Assembly (NCBI GenBank): GCA_030612265.1
Contig: JAUWOE010000009.1
Location: forward strand, 6,158-30,157
Origin: Promethearchaeum sp.
Lineage (GTDB): Archaea; Asgardarchaeota; Lokiarchaeia; Sigyniarchaeales; Promethearchaeaceae
Direction: 5' to 3'
Length of the DNA stretch: 24,000 nucleotides
A model generated the notes under the pieces. That model did no database searches and was not told where the DNA came from. It saw nothing but the letters and a program-made list of their open reading frames with translations. Shown here one piece after another: positions 17,265 through 24,000 of this stretch; the first letter of the stretch is position 1; the number at the start of each line of letters is the position of its first letter. Made by a program: the position numbers and the translations under genes.

Positions 17265-17340
17265 TGGTGCCTCCGCCGAGGTTCGAACTCGAGTCGGCGG
17301 GGTGAAGGCCCGCAATGCTTGACCACTACACTACGGAGGC
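17265..17340 (-). tRNA. tRNA-Glu (UUC) with genomically encoded CCA
   Basis: The reverse complement is GCCTCCG-TA-GTGT-AGTGGTCAA-GCAT-T-GCGGG-CCTTCAC-CCCGC-CGAC-TCGAG-TTCGAAC-CTCGG-CGGAGGC-A-CCA. As I read it, the anticodon loop has C rather than U at position 33. Confidence 0.85.
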
Positions 17341-17563
17341 AAATAAGAATTATATTCTATGCAAATATTTCATAATTTTAAAATTTTTGGGAAATAGGAA
17401 AAAAGGATTACCAGTATTTAAATCAAATTCCTTAAACAGTTTTTGAAGATTAATAAGAGATCTCATCTTAAAATTAAAAAATCAAATACCATATCATTAA
17501 TAAAATTTAAAATTAATGTTTGCTTATATATCACAATCCAGTTTTTTTATTGGATCATATAGA

Positions 17564-17636
17564 GCAGGCATAGCTTAGTTGGTAGAGCGGTCGGCTGTTA
17601 ACCGGCAGGTCGCAGGTTCGATCCCTGTTGCCTGCG
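17564..17636 (+). tRNA. tRNA-Asn (GUU)
   Basis: 73-nt cloverleaf: GCAGGCA acceptor, D-arm GCTT-AGTTGGTA-GAGC, anticodon stem-loop GTCGG-CTGTTAA-CCGGC, T-arm GCAGG-TTCGATC-CCTGT. A TTATATAT box lies about 33 nt upstream. Confidence 0.95.
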
Positions 17637-17664
17637 CTTTATTTTTTTTATTTTTAAATGTATA

Positions 17665-18480
17665 TTAAATATATATTGATTTATCAACTTCGGCAATTTC
17701 TATATAAGGTTGAGTATTTTCTAAATCTTTTTCAAGTTCTTTTCTCTTTGTCTCGAGATCTTGTGTAATTTCATCTATTTTATTTGAACTGAAATTATTT
17801 TTTATTGGAAGTCTGAAAAAGCGACCAACTAACTCGAGTAATTGAATTGAAGCTTGTAAATCTGTCATATTATCATTCATTATTGCAGAATTATCTGTTT
17901 CAGCCAATAAAACAATACCCTCTATTCCAAATCGTGCCTTAGCAAGTGTGGGAATAAGACCATTTGAGCCTATAATGACTCCCTTTTTAACTAGTTTCGT
18001 TTCACCTGTTTCAAGAAATTGGGTAATGAATTTAGTTTCTGTTGAAGTTACATAAATATCTATTTGTTTTGATTTGGATTTTTTTATTGGGTATGCACCT
18101 AATGCCAAAATTTTTGCTACTCCTAATTTTTGGATTATTGTAGCAATATAATCTGAGATTTCATAAATTCCTCTAGGAGACATTGCCTGAGCATCTGCGG
18201 TGATTAGTATTAAATCTTGGATTTGTTTTGGATCTTTATGAAATAAAATTTCTGCTTTTGGAGTGGAAAGAATGCTTTCATCAACTATGGCGCCTGCTGG
18301 ATAATCATTAAAAATTATTTCGCAATATTTTTTTGCCTGAAAAATCCCTATAAGTTGATCTACTGCAAATTTTCCAATATCTGCAATTCCAGGCATTCCT
18401 ATAATACATAGTGGATTATGGAGTGATGAAGGTTCTAATTTTTCAAATTGAATTAATCTAAAATTTGACATATGATTCAC
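17665..18480 (-). CDS. PAC2-family proteasome assembly chaperone (PbaA/PbaB-like)
   Basis: LCIIGMPGIADIGKFAVDQLI matches the PAC2 GFPG-x-G-x-VG motif region. The tail is an acidic coiled-coil, and the C-terminus ...SIYI fits an HbYX proteasome-docking motif. Confidence 0.7.
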   Translation of the reverse strand: MNHMSNFRLIQFEKLEPSSLHNPLCIIGMPGIADIGKFAVDQLIGIFQAKKYCEIIFNDYPAGAIVDESILSTPKAEILFHKDPKQIQDLILITADAQAMSPRGIYEISDYIATIIQKLGVAKILALGAYPIKKSKSKQIDIYVTSTETKFITQFLETGETKLVKKGVIIGSNGLIPTLAKARFGIEGIVLLAETDNSAIMNDNMTDLQASIQLLELVGRFFRLPIKNNFSSNKIDEITQDLETKRKELEKDLENTQPYIEIAEVDKSIYI

Positions 18481-18646
18481 GATTTTTTTGTTAAAGAGAT
18501 AGTTCTATGAAAAATTATGAGAAAAATCTTTAATCAATTCTCTTGCCATTAACAAAATATGAAAAAAATATCACGATATTACATTTCCCAAAAGAATTTA
18601 TTATTTAATATAATCATATTAAAAAATAATCACATTTTAAAGATTA

Positions 18647-19339
18647 TTGATGATGTTAAGTAAGAATTCTTATATTCAGTTTGACTACCCATTTATATCT
18701 CTTTTATCTACTGGTTTAGATAGTCCAATTGCCACATATTTAATAATGAAAAAAAAAAGGGATTGTTTTTCCTTATCTTTCTTAAACGGAGGGGTAAAAA
18801 TGGAAAAAAATAGAAATAAAATAATAAAAGTTGGAAGAAGATTAGTAAAATTAACAGAACGTAGGTTAAGAATGCATTTTGTCGATTATGAGAAAATATT
18901 ACTGCAAATTCAAACAAAATGTAATCCAAAATTAACATGTGTAATTTGCAAACGCACAATGATTTCAGTCGCAAGAGAACTTGCAAAATTTTATATTGTA
19001 AAAGTAATTGTGAATGGAGATATTTTGGGTGAACAAGCTTCGCAAACATTAGATAATTTATATGTTGTTAATCAAATTAATCGGGATATTCCAATTATAC
19101 GCCCTTTGATTGGATTTGATAAACTTGATATAATAAAAATCAGTCAAGAATTAGGTTTTTATGAATTAAGTTTGATTAGCGGTCCAGCATGTGAATTTAA
19201 TCCTAAATTTCCTGAAACAAGGGCAAAAATCAAGGAAGTAATTCAAACTGAAGAAAATTTAAATAGAGATTCTTTAATGAAAGAAATATTCGATTTAATT
19301 AACTATATTGATATTTTTCCTGATTTACCCTTAAGATGA
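18647..19339 (+). CDS. thiI: ThiI-like tRNA sulfurtransferase, PP-loop domain only (no THUMP/NFLD N-terminus)
   Basis: Motifs: LLSTGLDSPIATYLIMKK (a variant of SGGxDS), CVICKRTMISVARELA, IVNGDILGEQASQTLDNL, IPIIRPLIGFDKLDIIKISQELG, and GPACEFNPKFPETRAK. Only about 18 aa precede the PP-loop. Confidence 0.75.
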   Translation: MMMLSKNSYIQFDYPFISLLSTGLDSPIATYLIMKKKRDCFSLSFLNGGVKMEKNRNKIIKVGRRLVKLTERRLRMHFVDYEKILLQIQTKCNPKLTCVICKRTMISVARELAKFYIVKVIVNGDILGEQASQTLDNLYVVNQINRDIPIIRPLIGFDKLDIIKISQELGFYELSLISGPACEFNPKFPETRAKIKEVIQTEENLNRDSLMKEIFDLINYIDIFPDLPLR

Positions 19340-19348
19340 ATTTTTTAT

Positions 19349-20014
19349 TTATTTTTCAAATCCATTTTCTCCAATCAAGGGAACAAAAATAACTTTACAA
19401 ACTTTTTTTTTTATATATTTCCCTTTAATTCTATTTATAACTATTAGATCTTGATCCCAATGGCGTTTTCCAACAGGAATACATAAAATACCATTATTAG
19501 GATTTAGTTGCACTAACAAACTCTTTGGAATTTTTGGACTTGCAGCGGTAACTAAAATTTTATCAAATGGTGCTTTAGATTCTAATCCTTTTGTCCCATC
19601 ATTAATTATAACTTCAACATTTGAATAAGATAATTCCTTCAATTTTTCCTTAGCTTTTATAGCTAATTCAGGAATCCTTTCTATTGTGTAAACTATGCCA
19701 TCTTTTCCCGTTAATTCTGCTAATATTGCTGCATGGTATCCAGATCCTGTTCCGATTTCTAATATTTTATCTCCCGGTTTAATTTCAAGATATTCACACA
19801 TCATTGCATTCATATGAGGTGCAGAAATTGTCTGACCTTTCCCTATTTGTTGAGGTGTATCAATATAAGCTTTATCTAAATTAAGTTCTGGTAAAAAAAG
19901 ATGACGAGGGACGTTTAACATAGCATTATATACATTTTCAGAAACAATAATTCTTCTTGCTTTCAAATTATTGATTAGATTTAAACGTTCTTGAATAATT
20001 TTATTATTTTTCAA
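19349..20014 (-). CDS. pcm: Protein-L-isoaspartate O-methyltransferase
   Basis: Motifs: AYIDTPQQIGKGQTISAPHMNAMMCEYLEIKPGDKILEIGTGSGYHAAILAEL, VYTIERIPELA, FDKILVTAA, and VIFVPLIG. Confidence 0.92.
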   Translation of the reverse strand: MKNNKIIQERLNLINNLKARRIIVSENVYNAMLNVPRHLFLPELNLDKAYIDTPQQIGKGQTISAPHMNAMMCEYLEIKPGDKILEIGTGSGYHAAILAELTGKDGIVYTIERIPELAIKAKEKLKELSYSNVEVIINDGTKGLESKAPFDKILVTAASPKIPKSLLVQLNPNNGILCIPVGKRHWDQDLIVINRIKGKYIKKKVCKVIFVPLIGENGFEK

Positions 20015-20041
20015 AGTAATCTTCTCATTTAGTTGAATTTA

Positions 20042-20980
20042 TTAAAAAAACTCTGTATAATTTCTTTTTTTTAAGAATTGAATAACTTGTTCATATGAAG
20101 GCATCCCTGTTCGCGCACCAATATTTTGAATCTTTAAAGCAGCAGCAGCATTTGCAAATAAAGTTGCTTTTTCAATATTAAACTTTTTTAAAACATATGA
20201 ATAACAAAATGCTGCACAAAAGGTATCCCCTGCCCCTGTTGTATCAACTGGTTTTACTTTAATTGCTGGAATAATTACGTTTTTATTTTTAGTAACGATT
20301 AAAGCACCTTGATGTCCTAAAGTTATGATAATAGTCTTAACTCCTAAATCTAAAAATTTTTTTGCTGCTTCTTCTGGATTTCTTGATTTAGTTAACTCCA
20401 TTGCACCAGCTTTATTTGGGATTAACAAATCTACTTGTTGTAAAATAGGTTTTAATTTAGATAAACCTCTAAGTGCAATTTGCTTTTCTAAATCCAAGGA
20501 AACGAAAATATTTTTCCTTTTAGCCAATTCAATTGCTTTAATTGTTAAATCATGGTAAATTGCAGAAGTATGTAATAATTTTATATCTTCAAATACTTTT
20601 TCATCAAGATCAGAAATATTTGGAACAGTAGAATGCATATATGGGCTTTGGATAATGACTTTTTCACCAGTATTTTTTACAACAAATATAAAATTGACAG
20701 GCGTTGATTTGTTCTCTTTTGTAATTAGATAAGAACAATCAACATTTTCATTTTTGAAATCATTTTTTAAAAAATTCCCATAAGAATCATTTCCAATGGC
20801 TCCAAAAAAACCAGTTTTTGCTCCAAGTCTTGAGGTTGCAACAGTAAAATTCGCAGTCACCCCTCCACTGAACATATATTGGCTCAAAGAATCAATTTTC
20901 TCATCACGTTCAGGAAAATGATCAATTAATGATACCCAATCAACAACAACTTCACCCAAACCTAAAATCTCAAATCCCAT
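20042..20980 (-). CDS. PfkB-family carbohydrate/nucleoside kinase (ribokinase-like)
   Basis: Motifs: ILGLGEVVVDWV, GGVTANFTVATSRLG, and DTTGAGDTFCAAF (PfkB signature 2). I prefer the ATG at 20980 (MGFEILGLG). The longer ORF-track start at 21049 adds a non-homologous hydrophobic leader that overlaps the RPA gene. Confidence 0.85.
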   Translation of the reverse strand: MGFEILGLGEVVVDWVSLIDHFPERDEKIDSLSQYMFSGGVTANFTVATSRLGAKTGFFGAIGNDSYGNFLKNDFKNENVDCSYLITKENKSTPVNFIFVVKNTGEKVIIQSPYMHSTVPNISDLDEKVFEDIKLLHTSAIYHDLTIKAIELAKRKNIFVSLDLEKQIALRGLSKLKPILQQVDLLIPNKAGAMELTKSRNPEEAAKKFLDLGVKTIIITLGHQGALIVTKNKNVIIPAIKVKPVDTTGAGDTFCAAFCYSYVLKKFNIEKATLFANAAAALKIQNIGARTGMPSYEQVIQFLKKRNYTEFF

Positions 20981-21038
20981 AAGGAAAAATAAATTTGAGG
21001 ATTTAAAAATCATTATGCAATTTAATGAAAAAAATTTT

Positions 21039-22751
21039 TCAAATATCATTAAGTAAATCCAATGTATTCTGGGCTTCTAGTTCAGGATTAACTTCTTTAA
21101 AACTTCTAATGTTTATTTCATATTTATCATTATAATCTGAGAATTTTGCTTTTCCACTAAATATAAATTCTTTTCCAATTAATTCAAGGTTCTTCTCTTT
21201 CAGAAATTCATCCAATTTCCCATTTTCTTCCATTTTTTTAATGTTATCAGTCGATTCATTAAAAAATAATTCTGCTTTTTCACCCATCAAAGTACCACGA
21301 ATAGTACTGCTTTCATCATCTAAAATTAAATTTAGAATCATTCTGTTAACTTTTTCTCCAGGTTTATCACATTTGCAATTATCAATTTTTCTATTACATT
21401 TTGAACATGCCGTGTATAAAGAAATTTTTTTTATATCTTGAATTATCGATCCTTTAAATTCATAAAAATCATCTTCATTTATCTCTTCTATTTTTTTTCT
21501 TTCACCTGTGCTCTCTTGTTGGGGTTTTCTTAATGTTTTTGAAGTTTTTTTAATTTTAAAATTTTTATTGGATATTTCAATAGAACTCCTTGTTGATAGC
21601 GATGCTTCCATCTCATTTGAGTAAGAATTCACTTTAGCTATAACCTTTTTTATTTGGATTGAATCATCCACTTTTAACTCTGGGTTAACTTTATCCCCCC
21701 AGATTGCTACGAGAATTTCTCCAGTTTCATCCGCTAATATCAATTTTTGGAGTTCTTTTGTTTCACCATTCTTTAATTGAATTGATTTTACATCATCAAT
21801 CTCTTGGATTTTTCCCTCAATATTCCCAAATCCCCCTTTTTCAAGAAGATTACCTATTTCAATAAAAGAATTTTCAAGATGAGTTTCTTCTTCAATACTT
21901 ATAATTTCGGTGCTTGATGTAGCTGTTAAATCTATTTTTGATTTGTCTCTGTAATTTGTTTTAGGCGAAAGTTTAGAAATTCTCACATTTTGATCTTCTT
22001 TGAGATCTTTAATCTTTCCACAATGATCTCCCCAAAATGTTAAATATACTACTCCTGTAGAATCTGTTATTTGAATAGAAGCGCGTTTACCTTCTATTCC
22101 ATTTTGACGAGTAAATTTTTTTGTTGGATATAAAGCAGTGATAACTCCCTCAATTGAAAGAGTTGGAATTTTTAAAGATAGCTGATTTATGGGGGTAATT
22201 TTTGTAGCAGTTTGGTTTATTTTAGGGATGAGTGCTCTGTCTACCTCATCTGGTTGTATTTGTACCCTGCTTTTTGAGCCAATATGTATTTCAAGACCAC
22301 CATCTTGGCTAGGTTTTGCAAACCCATTTACGATTCTAATGATTTCATTTAATTTAAAGTTATTATCATTAATAATTTGAGTGTTAAAATCTCCCCATGC
22401 TAAACAACGGATCATTCCACTAGTATCTTCTAAAATAAATGGTAATAACGACCCTTTACTCCCGTCTTTTTTATTAAATGTTCTAATATCACTAATTTCA
22501 ATGATTCTACCAACAACTGAAGCATTTATTCTAGGTTTTAGATCTTTTATTAATTGATCTGTATCCATTTTGGCAGATTCTTGATGTGATTTAACGTCAA
22601 TACCAAGTTCTTTTGCAACAATTACAATGGCTCCTTCTTCATCTATCAATCCGCTGAAATCTTCTATTTGTTTATTGATCAGTTTCTTGATTTCCTCGCG
22701 TGTTAGCTTTTTTATTTCCATTATTTTTTGAATAGTATCTTCTAAACCCAT
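21039..22751 (-). CDS. rpa: Replication protein A (ssDNA-binding, multiple OB folds plus Zn ribbon)
   Basis: N-terminal helical module IQKIMEIKKLTREEIKKLINKQIEDFSGLIDEEGAIVIVAKELGI. Repeated OB-fold blocks are present (VVGRIIEISDIRTFNKKDGS.G.LLPFILEDTSGMIRCLAWGD; IEGVITALYP...ASIQITDSTGVVYLTFWGD; IEGKIQEI...LILADETGEILVAIWGD). Zn ribbon is CSKCNRKIDNCKC. ATG at 22751; the ORF-track start at 22781 is a TTG. Confidence 0.8.
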   Translation of the reverse strand: MGLEDTIQKIMEIKKLTREEIKKLINKQIEDFSGLIDEEGAIVIVAKELGIDVKSHQESAKMDTDQLIKDLKPRINASVVGRIIEISDIRTFNKKDGSKGSLLPFILEDTSGMIRCLAWGDFNTQIINDNNFKLNEIIRIVNGFAKPSQDGGLEIHIGSKSRVQIQPDEVDRALIPKINQTATKITPINQLSLKIPTLSIEGVITALYPTKKFTRQNGIEGKRASIQITDSTGVVYLTFWGDHCGKIKDLKEDQNVRISKLSPKTNYRDKSKIDLTATSSTEIISIEEETHLENSFIEIGNLLEKGGFGNIEGKIQEIDDVKSIQLKNGETKELQKLILADETGEILVAIWGDKVNPELKVDDSIQIKKVIAKVNSYSNEMEASLSTRSSIEISNKNFKIKKTSKTLRKPQQESTGERKKIEEINEDDFYEFKGSIIQDIKKISLYTACSKCNRKIDNCKCDKPGEKVNRMILNLILDDESSTIRGTLMGEKAELFFNESTDNIKKMEENGKLDEFLKEKNLELIGKEFIFSGKAKFSDYNDKYEINIRSFKEVNPELEAQNTLDLLNDI

Positions 22752-22902
22752 ATTTTTCACTAAAAAATATTCTTTTAACAATTAAAAATTAATTATTAAA
22801 AATCTTTTTAAAGTCCTAACCGCCAAAAATTTTTTAAGGGGAATTATTTTTTAGGTGAATCAAACCAATATAATTTAGAGCAAATTTAGAAAGTTGATTT
22901 AA

Positions 22903-23457
22903 ATGGCTAAGAAGAAAACTAGAAAACTGGGAATAATTAACTTAAAACCATTAGTTCTTAAAGGTCCGAAATATTTGGTTCAAGGAATTTCATCATCAAT
23001 TGCGGGCATTCAAACTACTAAAGTTATTCAGACTTATATAATGGAAAACAATAATTTAAGGATAATGATTGCAAAAGATGGAAGAGTTATCTTCTCTGGT
23101 ATTGTCAAATGGATTGGAAATAGGGAAGATAATAGTCAGGGAACTGTAATGTGTGTTGCTTCTTCTGAAAGAGGAGGTAGTGACCTTCGTTTAATCGTTC
23201 CATCTGAAGATACTGTTCAAGATATTGGTTTGGATGTTGAAAAATCATTAATAAAGGTGAATAGCAAAGAATCCGTCAAATGTAGTGTTTGTGGAAAAGG
23301 AATACAAATTTTTGATGAAATCTTAGCTTGTCCTTTATGTGACTCGAAGGCTCATTCTGATCATTTATTAGAATGGATAAAAATGCGCCATAGTTGTCCA
23401 ATTTGTAAGAAAAACCTCGAATTGGATAATATTGGAAATATAGTTCCAAAACAATGA
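22903..23457 (+). CDS. Protein with C-terminal RING-like (C4H2C2) zinc finger; N-terminal domain unknown
   Basis: The ligand pattern is C127-x2-C130-x12-C143-x2-C146-x4-H151-x2-H154-x10-C165-x2-C168, with HLLEW and SCPICKK as in RING-H2 fingers (H..C/H...W......CP.C+). Confidence 0.6.
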   Translation: MAKKKTRKLGIINLKPLVLKGPKYLVQGISSSIAGIQTTKVIQTYIMENNNLRIMIAKDGRVIFSGIVKWIGNREDNSQGTVMCVASSERGGSDLRLIVPSEDTVQDIGLDVEKSLIKVNSKESVKCSVCGKGIQIFDEILACPLCDSKAHSDHLLEWIKMRHSCPICKKNLELDNIGNIVPKQ

Positions 23458-23461
23458 AGTT

Positions 23462-24000
23462 TTACTCAAACAAATTTAACTCTTTTTTTATTTCGCAAAA
23501 ATAGCAAAATTCTCTTTTTAATCCACAAGGCATTTGACATATTTTGCAGATACCCTTCTTTTTTACTTCTTGATTTATTTCCTTCTTTAAATAATTCGTT
23601 GTAACCTTATTTATTATTTTTTCATTCATTTTAAGTAAATTATATTTTATTTCTGCGCTTTGGTTCTCTAAAATATTAATAAAATGTTGGATTTTTTTCC
23701 TTAAAATATAATATTTTTCTACATAAGGACAGGGGGTAACTTGTATTGGGATATCTTTATAATAGCAATATAATGCTATTTCTTTCTCTGGGATAGACAT
23801 TAGTGGTTTCATACGTTGTACAATCTCTTTTTTATCACTCTTGATATTTCCATTGGGAGGATGGAGCAATATTTGTTTAAGATCATTTCGAACAATGTTC
23901 TGTAAAAAAGTTTCAATTTGATCATCTAGATTATGACCAATTGCAAGACGATCTGCTCTCAATTCATAAGCTTTATCATTCAATAATCTTCTACGTACAG
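23462..24000 (-). CDS. TtuA/NcsA-family tRNA 2-thiolation PP-loop ATPase, C-terminal part; 5' end lies outside the window
   Basis: The frame is open to the window edge (..VRRRLLNDKAYEL..). Motifs: LAIGHNLDDQIETFLQNI, MKPLMSIPEKEIALY, TPCPY, and the C-terminal Zn finger CKICQMP-x7-CYFC. The 'M' at 23983 in the ORF track is an internal TTG. Confidence 0.8.
   Translation of the reverse strand, partial: VRRRLLNDKAYELRADRLAIGHNLDDQIETFLQNIVRNDLKQILLHPPNGNIKSDKKEIVQRMKPLMSIPEKEIALYCYYKDIPIQVTPCPYVEKYYILRKKIQHFINILENQSAEIKYNLLKMNEKIINKVTTNYLKKEINQEVKKKGICKICQMPCGLKREFCYFCEIKKELNLFE

Overview
This window is a visibly AT-rich archaeal chromosomal segment; the rRNA, tRNA and SRP RNA genes stand out as GC-rich islands. 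No transposase, integrase, CRISPR array or prophage signature is visible.

Housekeeping content:
- A 16S rRNA followed by tRNA-Ala, with no 23S rRNA downstream.
- An SRP (7S) RNA.
- tRNA-Leu(UAG) with a textbook bulge-helix-bulge intron in the D-arm, plus tRNA-Glu and tRNA-Asn.
- Protein genes: thermosome, Tsr3, TFB, RPA, a PAC2-type proteasome chaperone, PCMT, a PfkB kinase, an OBG/YchF-type GTPase, and three tRNA-modification enzymes (MiaB/MtaB-like, a ThiI-like PP-loop protein, TtuA/NcsA-like).

The unusual content is a concentration of eukaryote-like small-GTPase regulatory parts:
- A minus-strand operon at 4351-7230 encodes a tandem Roadblock/LC7 (MglB-like) protein, then a 299-aa protein whose motifs resemble a core DENN domain, then an MglA-family GTPase, then a small membrane protein.
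- This operon converges on two translationally coupled V4R (TRAPP Bet3-like) genes at 3379-4343.
- A second tandem-Roadblock protein lies at 16230-17231.
- A membrane-anchored HerA/FtsK-like ATPase (11081-13663) has a C-terminus carrying a folliculin/DENN-type longin-like motif with a conserved ARG.
- A RING-variant zinc-finger protein lies at 22903-23457.

This gene content suggests an Asgard-like archaeon, but that assignment and all remote-homology calls are inference from reading the sequence. They need profile and structure searches to confirm.
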